This document shows, one piece after another, positions 1 to 11,900 of a DNA stretch of 64,000 bases. A model generated the notes under the pieces. The model ran no database searches and had not been told where the DNA came from. It saw nothing but the letters and a program-made list of their open reading frames with translations. The stretch is from Cyanophora paradoxa CCMP329 (Eukaryota; Plantae; Glaucophyta), in NCBI GenBank assembly GCA_004431415.1, contig QPMI01000288.1, forward strand, positions 3,756-67,755. The letters run 5' to 3'. Numbering within the stretch: position 1 is the stretch's first letter; each line of letters opens with the position of its first letter. The translations under genes and the position numbers were made by a program.

Positions 1-767
1 GCCCTCGCGGCGCGAGCGGCGGCGCTGGGCGAGGAGCTGGCGCGGGCGCAGGAGGAGGCGGCGGCCCTGCGGGGGCGCGCGGAGGCGGCGGAGGCGCGTG
101 GGCGGGAGGTGGAGCAGGGGCGGGGCGGGGAGGGGGAGGGGGAGGCGGAGGGCGGGGGCCGGATGAAGGTGGAGGCGGCGGAGGAGCTGCTGGCGGCGGT
201 GGAGCGGGAGCTGGCGGGGGAGCGCGCCCGCGGCGACCGCCTCGAGGCCGAGTGCGGCCGCCTGCGCAAGCCCCGCGCCGTCCGCGCCGAGCAGTTCGTC
301 GCCCTCGAGCGCCAGCTCAAGGCGCGAGCATCTCTACTGGGCCGAAGGAAGGGGCGCGCGCCCGCCCGTGATCATGTGCATGACGAACGGCGCGGACGCA
401 GGGTGCGGAGGAGGCGAAGGAGGCGGTGGAGGCGGAGCGGGCGGCGCTGGCGAGGCGCCTTGGGGAGGCCGCCCGCCGCGCCGCCGACGCCCTGGCCGAA
501 CTCCAGGTGCCCCCTCTCCCCTCTCCCCTCCCTGCAGCCGCCCCTGGGGCTTCTGAGGGGGTTCTGCAGGGGGAGCGGGGCCGGCGGGCGGTGCTGGAGG
601 TGGAGAAGGGGGCCCTGGCGCGCGAGAACGCGGCGCTCGCCGCCAGGCTCGACGAGGCCCTCCGCCTCCGCCGCACCCGCCGCTTCGCCCCCGCCTTCCC
701 CGCCCCCGAGGCCGTCCCGGGGCCCCAGCCCCAGTCGCCCCAGTCGCCCCACACCCCGCCCCCGTGA
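1..767 (+). CDS. 3' part of a coiled-coil protein (5' end outside window; 2 introns visible)
   Basis: E/A/R/L heptad-rich peptides (ALAARAAALGEELARAQEE...; EQFVALERQLK|GAEEAKEAVEAERAAL...; EKGALARENAALAARLDEAL) joined across a GC-AG intron (aag|gcgcga...cgcag) and a GT-AG intron; TGA at 765-767. Confidence 0.7.
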
Positions 768-968
768 TTGCCAATGCGCCCGTTCAGATTCGTTTCAAGA
801 CGTGCCCCTGGCTCCGCTGAGCCGAATCGCTAAGCGTGGTGGTTTGGAAAAGGGTTTCCGCCCCGGCTGACGATATTGTGCATGAAGCTAAATGCTGTCT
901 ATACATTGAATGTTGCTAGATTGTTACAGGGCGGCGGGGAAGCGCAGCCCCCGGAGGAGGCGGGTTTC

Positions 969-1020
969 TCAAGAGGAGCCTGAGCCCGTGGCGGCCTGTC
1001 CCTGTCGCTGCTGCCCCGCC

Positions 1021-1053
<33 letters not shown>

Positions 1054-2705
1054 GCGGGGTGGGACTGGTACTGGAAGTGGTCCCCCTGGGCCCGGGCCGC
1101 CGAGGGCGGGGGCCGGATGAGGGGCACCGCCGCCCCAGCCCCGGCCGCCGGCGCCGCGCCCAAGTGGAGGGGAACGCCTCCGCCCCCCGCCGGCCCCGCC
1201 CGCCCTCCCGAGCTGCTCCCGGCGCCCCGCGCCTCCTCCCCGCGGAAGCCAGGCAGGCCGCCGTCCGCCTTCCCGGGGGCGCACCGGCCGGCGCGGGGCT
1301 CGGCGCCGGCGGCCCGGCGGCCGGCGGGGCGGCGGGCGCCCCGGCGCTCGGAGGGAGAGCGGGCTCGGGTGCCCCGCCGGTGCAGCCGCGGGCGCAGGCG
1401 CCGCTGCCGCCGCCGCCGCCGGGGCGGGCACGGGCGCCTGGCCGGGGAGGGTGCCGAGGGGGTATGCGTAGGCCGGGGCCGCCTGCATGCCGTAGGGGGT
1501 AGCGTAGGCGCCGGGAAACGCCTGGCCGGGCATCGGGGGGTACACCATCCCGGGCGGGTACTGGCCGTGGCCCGGGGGCACGGGGAGGCCGAGGGCGAGG
1601 CCGGGGGGCAGGGGGCGGTGGGCAGCGGGGGCGGGGGCGGGGAGGGGGGCCATGGGGATGGCGACGGGCTGCTGCTGCTGCTCGACCTCGACGAGGGCTC
1701 CCGGCTGCTCGAAGGCCTTGATGCACTGCCACACCACCCGCACCCCAAGGCCCTGCCCCCCGCCACCCCCGTCGCCCCCCGCCCCCGAGCGCGGCCCGAT
1801 GCGGAGTGGCGTGCGGCTGCCTACCGAGAAGATGAGCCCGATGACGAAGACGGCGTAGGAGACGGCAACCTGCACGCGCATCGGCGGGGCGCCAGGGGCG
1901 GGGCGAGCGGGGCGGCGGCGCGCACGAGGCCGGAGCTGTTCGAGTACTCGTCGCACGTGTCGGGCATCGAGCGGTAGCACTGGCGGTCGCTGCAGCACGA
2001 GCTCTGCGGGGGAGCGCCCGCGGTGAGCCGCCCCGGCCCCACCGCTCGGCTTCGCTGGGGCGCACGACTTTGCTGGTCCCGAAGATATAGAGGACATTTT
2101 CAAGTACTCCTAGGACCAGGAACGCGCAATAGCCTTCGAACAAGCGCGATCAGGGGTGAGCGGGCAGAGACGGGGGACGGGCAGCACCAAGAAGATAGCC
2201 GCGGCGGTAGCGCCTCGCGCCGACGAGTCCGATCATTGCAAACATGGCGGTCCACATCGCGCCGACCCATGAGCCCGTGAAGAGCCGCACAAAACTGTAC
2301 GCGAGGTGTGCCGTCGCGAAGCGCTCCTGCTCGGAAGCTCTCTTAGCTAGAGTTAAACGACCGCGATTCAGCTACGATATCGATGTTGCGATTACGAGGT
2401 TGCGATTACGAGGTTGCGATTACGATTGAAGGGGCGGAGGCGCCGGCTAGGTTGCGATTACGATTCTAGCGGAGCTAGGTTGCGATTACGATTCTAGCGG
2501 AGCTAGGTTGCGATTACGATTCTAGCGGAGCTAGGTTGCGCGCGATTACGATTCTAGCGGCCCGGAGCTAGGTTGCGATTACGATTCTAGCGGAGCTAGG
2601 TTGCGAGTACGATGTTGCGATTACGATTTCAAGTCTCATCAGCTACGATGTTTGCGATTACGATTTCAAGTCTCATTAGGGTCGTACCACGCGCCTGGCC
2701 TTCAT
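969..2705 (-). CDS. Multi-pass (about 4 TM, tetraspanin-like topology) membrane protein with Pro/Tyr-rich and polyQ cytoplasmic tail
   Basis: Spliced: MKARRV|ERFATAHLAYSFVRLFTGSWVGAMWTAMFAMIGLVGARRYRRGYLL|GYCAFLVLGVLENVLYIFG..|Cys-rich loop CCSDRQCYRSMPDTC|VAVSYAVFVIGLIFSVG..YPPGMVYPPMPGQ..Q10. Exon 1 (2705-2688) joins in phase to the acceptor at 2327. Confidence 0.65.
1023..1052. repeat. (CTG)10 microsatellite encoding polyQ on the minus strand
   Basis: Direct reading of the sequence. Confidence 0.9.
2385..2676. repeat. Compound minisatellite on core GTTGCGATTACGA (about 11 copies; 14-, 28- and about 35-nt periods), inside intron 1 of the 4-TM gene
   Basis: 3x GTTGCGATTACGA(G); 5x CTAGGTTGCGATTACGATTCTAGCGGAG (one with small insertions) plus a partial copy; 2x TTGCGATTACGATTTCAAGTCTCAT. 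Confidence 0.9.
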
Positions 2706-2808
2706 GGCTGCGCTCTGCTGGTCAGCCACAAGAGCGCAGGGGTTTCGGGTACGTTAAGCACCCGCTTCTTCGTTGGCAACAAACTGCACGCCCGTCACAC
2801 CGGGAGCG

Positions 2809-4639
2809 ATGCTTCGGAAGAACATCGCCACCCAATTGACAACCTGCTGCTTCCCCTCGAGCGGATCCTGGCTTCAACCAAAACCTGCAGCGAATGCCGC
2901 GCTGGCGGCGCCGCCGCGCCGCTCGGAGGGGGGTAGAGCAAAGTGTGGGGGGATACAGGCGACGAGTCGGGAGTCACGCAGCCTGCAGCTGGCGAAATGC
3001 TTCCGAGGGCGCCGCTGCGACTCCTCGCCGCGGAGCACGTTCCTGCGGCGCTGGGGCGCCTGGCGGCCAGCGCGGCGGCCGGCCCGGTGGTCGTTGGGCG
3101 GCCCGCGACCGCCGCATTTCTAGGGCGACCGTCGTGGAGGACGTGGGGTGCGATGCCGCCATCGGCACTCCTCCGCGTCATGTTCGTGACGCGCCGCCGC
3201 TCGCCGCAGGTGTTATCGTCATCCGGGGCCAGCGCACCGAGGCGCCCGCGACGGCTACGATTTCTGCGAGCGCCGAAGACATGAACGACGAAGACGAAGA
3301 CTTTGAAGACGACGCGGAGGCGTCCCAGTCCTCGGCGCAGCCATGCTGCTCTCACAAACTCGCATCAGCGCCGCCGCCGCCGCCGCCGCGGGTCCGGAGT
3401 CCGCGGAGGGCAATGCCGGCCGCCGGCGCATCGCTCGCGGAGCGCTTCCCCCGCCTGGCTGCGGAGTGGGACGAGGAGCTCAACACGAAGAGGCCGAGCG
3501 AGGTCACGCCGGGCTCCCACTACCGGGCCGCCTGGCGCTGCTCGACGGACCCCTCGCACCGCTGGAGCACGCTGGTGAAGAGCCGAGCGGGGAAGGACGA
3601 CACCGGGTGCCCGCAGTGCTGGCGGACGCGGCCGCGGCTCCCGCGGGCCGGCTTCCCCGGCGGGCGGGCGCCGTTCGAGCAGCGGATGCTGGCGGCGGTG
3701 GCGCCGCTGGTGGCGCTGGAGTGGCACCCGGCGCTCAACGGCGAAGTCACCCCGCGGGACGTCACCTACGGCTCCGCCTCCCGCAAGTACTGGCGCGCCC
3801 GCTCCGCGCCCGCCCCGCCCGCCCCGCGCCCTCTGCTCACGCGCGGCGCGGCGCGGCGCAGGTGGCGATGCCTGAACGACCCGACGCACGAGTGGGAGGC
3901 GAGCGTCTGGAAGCGCGTCGTGCATGGCCGCTCCTGCCCCTACTGCTCCCGCAGCGTGCGCCGCCGCCGCCACCGCCGCTCCCCGGCATGCGCCGCCTCA
4001 CGCCGTCGGCCGGGGGCAGGCGTGGGGTGTTACGCCGCGGAACAGCCTGGCGGGGCTGGCGCCGGGCGTGGCGGCCGAGTGGGCGCACGAGCTGAACGGG
4101 GGGCTCTCGCCGGAGCAGGTGCGGGCGGGGTCGAACGTGCGGGCGTGGTGGCGGTGCGGGGAGTGCGGGCACGTGTGGCTGGCCCAGATCGGGAGCCGGG
4201 CGGTGAACGGGTGCGGGTGCCCGTCGTGCAAGAACCGGGCGGTGACGGGGCGCAACAACCTCGAGGCCCTCCACCCCGAGCTCGCCAAGGAGTGGGACAC
4301 CCACGCCAACGCCGGCCTCCTCCCCTCCCACGTCCTCGCCCGCTCCCGCACCAAGCGCTGGTCCGCCCCGCCCCGCCCCGCCGCGCCCCGCCCCGCCCTT
4401 CGCCCGAGAGAGGAGCGGAGCCGACGCCGCGCGCCTCGCGCAGGTGGACGTGCTCCGAGTGCGGCTGCAAGTGGGCCGCCGAGCCCCTCATGCGCACCCG
4501 CCCCGACCGCCCCACCGGCTGCCCCGCCTGCGCCCGCCGCGCCTTCCTCACCTACTTCCGCCACAATCGGCCCCCCGCCGGCGCCGGCGGCGGCGGCGCC
4601 GGGGCGAGCTCCCCGGGGCCCCTCGCGGAGGCGGCGTGA
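2809..4639 (+). CDS. Treble-clef zinc-ribbon (DUF4379-type) repeat protein, 4 repeats; start uncertain (2809, 2894 or 3413)
   Basis: Four units of L...P.LA.EW....N...P..V..GS....WW.C...H.W......R....CP.C (e.g. LAERFPRLAAEWDEELNTKRPSEVTPGSHYRAAWRC...GCPQC; LEALHPELAKEWDTHANAGLLPSHV...W|WTCSECGCKW...GCPAC), linked by short introns. Confidence 0.85.
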
Positions 4640-5412
4640 GCCCCGGCGCCCGAGACGCAGGCGCCGCCCCCTCCACTCTTCCATTCGCTGCCAGCGCTCG
4701 GCCCAAGGCCCGAGCCGTGACTTTCTTTGTGTGTAAATTAGTCGCCCCCTTTTTCTTCTGCGGTGCCCAGGGCTCCCCGGCCCTTGAAGAGCCCCACTTC
4801 TTTTTTGAGTTCTCCGTAGTCTATTAGGGGACAGGGGCCCTGGTACACGAATGTGAAAAAAATTGAAGAGCCCCACTAGTCGCAATGTCGCAGGCTCGCA
4901 GCCCAGATGTAAAGCTCGCAGCTCCAGACTCGGCGCACTTTCCGACGTGATTCCGTAGCCCTAGCAGCTGTGAAACGACTCAATTCGTCGTCCGATGATC
5001 ATGGCATTCGCTGGCATATGCATTGCATTTCAAGAAGTTCACTGGGTACTACGGTATCTTCAAACTTGAAATTCAACCCCCCCGGCCCCGGCTAGCGCTC
5101 GCGCGCGCTTTTGACTCCCGGAGCCCGGAATCTCCGGGGCCGGCGCCGGCCGCCCGCGGTCGATCGGAGCCCCAGGCCCTGAGGGACACCGACTCGGCAA
5201 GTCGGCCTCGGGGGCGCGGCGCCCTGCGCGCCCGAATCGGCTCGATCGCGACGAGGGCCGGGGTTCAGCCATGCGCTGTGTACGACGGTCCGTCCGGTCC
5301 AGCGGCCGACATGGTCCAGGCCGAGCATTGCGACCACATAAAACAAGAATTCGAGATATGCATTCGGCGCCACGGCACCAGTGTGCGTGAACCAAGGGCG
5401 AGGCTTGAGGAG

Positions 5413-8400
5413 TTACGGGGGGGGTGGGGAGGGGAGAGGGGAGGGGGCGGGGCGGGGAGGGAGGGCCCCTCCCGAGCGCTGCGGGAGGAGCAGCTTCTCG
5501 ACGGCCGCCTCCGCGTTCACCAGGGCGACCCGCAGCTGCCGCAGCGCACCCCGTCAGCGTCGCCACCGGGGCGGCGGCGGCGCGGGGGGGCACCTGGGAG
5601 GCCATCTCGGCCTCGGCGCGGTCGATGTCGGAGCGCCAGTCCGCCACGCGCTTCACCACCTCTCGCAGCGCCCCTTCCTCCTGCGCGCCGCTCGCGCCCC
5701 GCGAGAGCCGCGGCGCAGCGGAGCGCACCTCGCGGGCTTCCGCGGGGGTCGGGGGCAGGGCGAGGACGGCGAAGTGGGCGGCGGAGTGGATGGCGCGGAG
5801 GGCGGGGCCGGCGCGCGGCCGCCCGGGCCCGAGCTGCGCCTTGAGCTCCGCGAGGCAGCCGGCGACGTCCCGCGCCGTCGGCTGCGGGCGGCGCGCGTGG
5901 GCCGCCCTTCGCGGGCGAGGCGGCGGCGGCGCGGACGCACGCGCTCCAGGAAGAGCTCCTCGCAGGCCGGCGGCGCCGCGCGGCCCGCCCCGGCGAGGGC
6001 GGCGAGGCACGCAAAGGCAAGCCGCTGCCGCAGGCGGCCACCCGGCAGCGGGGGACCTAGGGAGGGGCGCTCGAGGGGTGCGGGCGGGGGGCGGGAGGAG
6101 GGGCGGGGGCGGACGGCGTGGGCGACGCGGACGAAGGCGGGGTGGCCGGTGGCGAGGGGCAGCTCGTACAGGCGCCGCAGCTGCGCGGGTGCACGCGAGG
6201 GGCGTCAGCGGGGGCGCTGCCGACGGGGGCCGGCCGGCGCGCCATCGCCTCCTCGGGGACACGGGGCAGGAGGGCGGCGAGGGCGAGGTGGAGGGGGCGC
6301 CCGAGGGGCGGGGCGCAGGGGGAGCGCAGGGCGGGGTCGGCGGCCAGGCGCGCCAGCGCGGCGGCGAGCTCCTCCGCCTCCCGGGGCGCGAACTGGCCCG
6401 GCCTGCGCAGCGCCGCCCCCTCGGAGGCGCCCGAGGCGGCGGCAGAGGGCGGGGCCGGGGAGAGGCCCGCACCGCGAGGCGACGGCGGCGACGAGGCGGA
6501 GGATCGCATCGAGGCCGCGCCGGGAGGGCGCGGGGCCGCCGCCGGCGGCGGGCTGCGCGGGGGGCGGCGGGTGGGCGGCAGGGGCGTGGGCGGTGCGCTC
6601 CGCGGGGCCGGCGGCGCCGTGGGCGGCGAGGGCGGCGAGGAAGTCCGCTGCGGAGGGGAGCCAGGCGAGGGGCGGCGCGGGGCGGTTGGGGTCGGCCCGC
6701 GGGGCGTCGACGGCGGCCGACGCGGACTCGGGGGCGCGGCCCGTGGCGAGCGCCGAGAGGGCGGCGAGGGCCCCCGCCCCCCCCTTGTCCCGCGAAAAGA
6801 CCGCTGCGGCCAGCAGCTCGCGGGGGCGGGAGCGGGGAAGGGCAGGCGGGCGGCGCGCACCGCAGGAGAAGAGCCACTGGAGGAGGGGCGCCGGGCAGGC
6901 CTGCGGGAAGGCCGCGAAGAGGAGCGCGGCGCGGCCGCCGGAGAGGAGGGCGGCGGCGGCGGGGGCCCCCGCGGAGCGCAGGAGGGCGTCGAGGCGGCGC
7001 AGGAGCTCCGCGGCAGGGCCGCTCTGGGGCCACGAGGAGGGGTCGCCCAGGGAGGGCACCTCGGGCACCGGCGGCAGCTGCGGCGGGCATGAGGGGCCGG
7101 GGTGGCAGGGGAAGGGGAGGCGAGGGGGCGGGCGCACGGAGGCCTCCCGCACGAAGAAGACCTCGTCTACCTCAAAGGCCTCCTCCCCCTCGTCCACCGC
7201 GTAGCGCTGGCGTGCCCCGTGTGAGGGCACGGGGAGGGGGAGAGCCGAGGGCGATCGAGCGGGGGTACGCACTTGGACGAGGCGCGCGGAGAGCTCGAAG
7301 ACGTCCGCGTCGGCGGGCTGGGGGGTACGACGCGGTCGGTCGGAGAGACGGGCGGTGGGTGTGGGGTGCAGGGGCGCGGGGGTACCAGGGGGGGCAACTC
7401 GTCGGGGGAGTTGGCGCTGGTGCTGCCCTCCCCGCCCGTCGTCGTGGTACCCCCCCGCTCGTCCCCCGAGTCCTCCCCTGAGTCCTCTCCCCCGCTGCCC
7501 TCGCGGGAGTCGCAACGCGGCTTGCGCCCGCCCCGCCCGCCCCGCCCCCGCCCCGCCCGCCGCCCCTCCGCCCCGCCCCGGGCGCCGCGGGCCGGGGCGG
7601 CGGGGCCGGCTGGGCGGGGCGGTGCTGCTGCTCCTCGGAGTCGCGGAGGAGGCGGGAGAGCTCGGCGGCGGCCTGCAGGGAGCCGGCCTCCGCCGCCTGC
7701 GTCAGCGCCGCCCGCCGCTCCGACACCGCCTCCGCCTCCTTCTTCCGCCGGTGCTCCTTCACCAGCGCATCCAGCGTGTACCCGTACCTGCGCCCCTTGG
7801 CCGCGCGGCGGCGGCACGGGGCGGGGGCCGCGCACTGCTCAGCGACGCTCTTCGGCTTGATCTTGAGGGGGACTTGCCGGGGCGCGCCGCGAGCGCCGGC
7901 GCCGCCAGCAGCTCGTCCATCGAACTCCCCTCCCTCTCCTCCTCGTCCTCCTCCTTCGCGGCGGCGGCGGCCGCCGCCGCCGCTGCGGCGGCGCTGCGGG
8001 TCGTGCGGCGCGCGGCGGCGGCGGCGGGGGCCTGCGGAGCGATCGGGAAGTTCTCTTCCTCGCTGTCATCACTCGACGAGGAGGAGGACGGCACATCCGG
8101 CTGCGACTCGCGCTGCGCGGCGCCGGCGTGAGGGCGGGCGGAGCGCGGGGTTGCGGGCGCCCGGCGCGCGGCCGCACGGGCTGGCTCCCCAGCGGCTCCT
8201 CGTCATTCGAAGCCGCCTTGGGAGCAGCAGGAGCGGGCGAGGCTGGGAACGGCGGTACGGCCGGGTTCGCCGGTCGCGGCGCTGGAGCGGGGGCGGGCTT
8301 CGGAGGCCCTCTAGATCTGCTGTGCGGTCCTTCCTCCGAAGTGTCGTCGCTGCTGGTGATGACGATGGGCACGGGCTTCTCGGGCGAGGCCTCCCGCCTG

Positions 8401-8771
8401 CGCCGAGATGAGAGGCCGGCGCGCTGCCGCGCGGAGCCGGCGCACGGTCGGGCGGATGGGGTAAACGGCGAGGCGGTCGAGTGCGGAGCGGCGGCCTTGA
8501 GCGGGGCGGCAGGCGTGAGCGGGGCTGCGGGCACGAGCGGCGGCGCGTCCTCCATCTCGACTTCCTGGGACGCTGGAGGGTCCGCCTCCGACATTTCCAC
8601 CTCCGGCGAGCAGGCGTCAGCATCAAAGTCGGGCGTGCGCTGCAACGGGTGTTCGGGTGCCGAAGGTGCCGAGCCCGCGTTCTGCGGGGGGGTCGCTGGC
8701 GCAGAGTTGAATGTTCTCGCTGCGAGGGGCGACTGCGAAGATGCGGCCGGGGAGCCCGAGGCGACCGACAT
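5413..8771 (-). CDS. SLF2: SLF2/FAM178 (Nse6-like, CANIN-domain) SMC5/6 localisation factor homolog
   Basis: Disordered N-terminus, then YTLDALVKEH.. coiled coil, then CPAPLLQWLFS, AWLPSAADFLAALAAHGA, LDAILRLVAAV, EELAAALARLAADPALRS. Motifs and order match my recollection of the FAM178A/B C-terminal domain (CPxPLLxWLF, WxPSxxxxxxAFxxxG). Not verified by search. Confidence 0.65.
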
Positions 8772-8991
8772 ACTCGACTGCGATGAAGGAGAGGGACGAG
8801 AACCGCTCGCCGCTGGCGACCCGCTAGCGGCGCCCTTGGGCGAGAAAAAAAGCCTGGATCGTGCGCTGTCCGGGAGGCAGCGCGGCCTCCTTCTTCGTCT
8901 TCGGGGCCATCGCTTCGCAGACTGCCGGAATCGCCACAATTCGAAACACTCCTCTGTACCCCCCTCAGTTTTCGAAAAACTTTGGCGCGCT
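8772..8991. promoter_or_regulatory. Putative bidirectional promoter between SLF2-like and MSH2
   Basis: 220 bp between divergent ATGs; AT-richer than the flanking gene bodies. Confidence 0.5.
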
Positions 8992-11900
8992 ATGCCGAAG
9001 AAGGCCACGGACGCTAAGAAGGCTGCGGAGGAGGTGCAAGATGAGCCAAATGAGCAAAGCGACGCGGAGGAGGAGTCGAACGAGAAGATCACGCTCAACC
9101 TCGGTCCGCCCCGTGGTCCCGCGGCCCCGAACGTGCTTACGCATCGCAACAGACTCCAAGGCGGAGCAGGCGCTGCTCACAGCCATGCGGGGCCAGAGCT
9201 CGGCGGGCGCCGTGCAGTTCGTCTTCCAGCGGGTGAGCGGGATGGACCGCGGGCGTGGCGCCGGCCTCACGCGCTGGTGCACACGCAGGAATACTACTCG
9301 GTCCACGGGGAAACGGCGCGTTACATCGCTCTCGAGTACTACAAGACGACCAGCGTTTTGAAGTACATGGGCAGCGGCCCTGCGGGGCCTCGTGGTGCGT
9401 GTTCCTACTCTACGGTCGGTCGGCGGCAGACGCTTAGCTGTGCTGCGAACGACAGGAGGCGCCCGCGGCGTGCAGACGAAGGCGCCGAGCGCGGCGGCGC
9501 AGGGCGAGGTCTACGTCGCCGTCTCGAAGGCGATGTTCGAGACGATCGTGCGGGACCTGCTTCTGAACAAGAACCGCGCCGTGGAGCTCTGGGACCAGCG
9601 CGCCGGCTCGAACTCCTGGTTCTGCAAGAAGACTGTGCGCAGCGCTCCCGCGCTACCTCGGCGGGCCTCACGCGAAGGCGCAGGCTTCACCGGGGGATGT
9701 GCACAGCTTCGAGGACATCATCTTTAAGAACACGGATCTGGAGGAGTCGCCTATCATCTGCGCCGTCCGGCTTGCGAACGACGGCGCGAACCGCGTGCGC
9801 AGCAACGCCGTCGCCGGCGCTGCCGCGGGGCGCCCCGCGCGACGCGCTTGGGGCGCAGGTGGTGGGTGTTGGCTACGCGGACACGATCTTGAAGGTCCTT
9901 GGCGTCGCCGAGTTCAACGACACCGAGCACTTCTCGAACCTCGAGGCGCCCACCCCGCCTTCCCCTTCTTCCTCTCCTCCTCCCCTTTCTTATCCCGGGG
10001 CCCGGGCGGTGCAGAGCTGCCTGATCCAGCTCGGCGCCCGCGAGTGCATCCTCTGTCAGAAGGACTGCACGGCGATGGAGCTCGAGAAGATCCAGGCGCG
10101 CCGGGCGTCCCTCCTCGACCCCCCAGGGCCGCGCTGGCCCGGGTCAACGTGCTCGCCCGCGCAGGACGTGCTGAAGCGCTGCAATGTGGTGGCGGCCGAC
10201 CGCCCCAAGGGTGCGCGGGGCGGCGCCGCCCGCTCGGCCCTCGCCTGAGCTCCTCGTGGCAGCGGACTTCGCGGGGAAGGACCTGGAGCAGGACCTGAAG
10301 CGCCTCGTCGGCGAGGACAACTACCACACCATCGGTGCCTCCGCGCCCGCTATCCCCCGCCACCCCCCATCCCGATGCCGCCAAGGAGATGCGCGCCGCG
10401 GGCTCACTGAGAGGGAGCTCTGACTGCTCTTGCGACGCCGCAGCGGAGACGACGCACAAGCACGCCATGTCGGCCGTCTCGTGCCTCATCAAGAGCCTCG
10501 AGGCGCGCCCGACGCGGACCGTCGCCGGCGAGCGCCCCGCGCTGACGGCTGCGCAGCTCATGGCCGACGACTCCTCGCACGGCCACTTCCGCATGACCTC
10601 CCTCCGCCTCGAGAAGTGCGTTCCCCTCCCTTTCTTGTCTTTTCTTTTCCTTTCCTTTCCGTTCCTTTCCTTTCCTTTCCTTTCCTCTTCTGTCCTTTCT
10701 ACTCAATACGCCGCGCCGCAGGTTTATGCGTCTCGACTCTGCTGCCGTCCGCGCCCTGAACCTCCTCCCCGCTCCCGGCGACGGTGCGGGGTCCCTCCCT
10801 CGAGCCGCGCAGCCTCGGGCGAGGCGGCGCACCCCGCAGCTAACAAGAACATGTGCCTGTACGGCATCCTGAACAAGTGCAAGACGCCGATGGGCTCCCG
10901 CATGCTCATGACTTGGCTCAAGCAGCCGCTCCTTGACGCCGAGGAGATCCGTGCGGGGCCCCTCACTCGCTGCTTGCCGCGCGGCCTCACGGGGGGCGCT
11001 GGGGGCGGGCAGGGCGGCGGCACGACGTCGTGCAGGTCTTCTACGACGACCCCGTCTTCCGCCAGTCCCTCCTCGTGCGATCCGCGGCCCATGGCGAATC
11101 CGACCCGGCAGCGGGCCCGCTCCGCTCACCCGTCTCTGCTGCAGGAGAGCGTCGTGCGGCGGGTGCCGGACCTCGGCCGCATGGCGAAGAAGTTCCAGCG
11201 CGGCAAGGGCGGCATTCAGGCGAGCGGCGCTGCGCGCCCCTGCCTCGCGGGCGGCGGCAAGAGAATGTATGCCGGCACGAGTTCGTCGTGCGGCTGACAG
11301 GGCGGGGGACCGGCAGGACATTGTGCGGCTGTACGAGTTCGTCGTGTGGGTGCTCCCCAACATGGTCGAGCACCTCGTGCGCCCCTTTCCCTTCCCCGCA
11401 CCATCCTTCGTCTCGCCTGATAGAGATCCGCAGCGGGGGTACACCGGCGCCGGCGCCGAGCTCCTCCACTCCCGATACGCCGACCGTCTCCAGGAGTGCG
11501 TACCCCGATTTCCTGTTTCCTTTCTCTCTCTGTAACCCCCTCGACCCCCGCCCCGCAGGTCCATCGACAACTTCGAGCAGTTCGTAGCGATGGTAGAGAC
11601 GAGCGTGGACCTCGGTACCCCCCCCCCCCCCCCGCCCTGACGGACTCCAGTTTCCGCCCCTTCCCGCCTCACTCGCACCCGCAGACGCGGTGAAGGACCA
11701 CGAGTACAACATTTCGGCGAAGTGGGACCCGAAGTTGGAGGAGATCAAAAAGCGGAAGGAGAAGCTTCGCCGCCAGATCTACGAGGTCCCATCCCCTGTT
11801 CCTCCCCCCTGCCCCCATCTTCGTACCCCCCCGACACCCCGGGGGTAGTCTATGCCGAACGAGGTCGCGGACGACCTCGGCATTGACGCGAAGAAGGTAG

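Noticed and set aside
2385-2676. CRISPR array (28-nt periodic repeats)
   Set aside because: No unique spacers, repeats are directly tandem, no cas genes, and the context is a eukaryotic intron.
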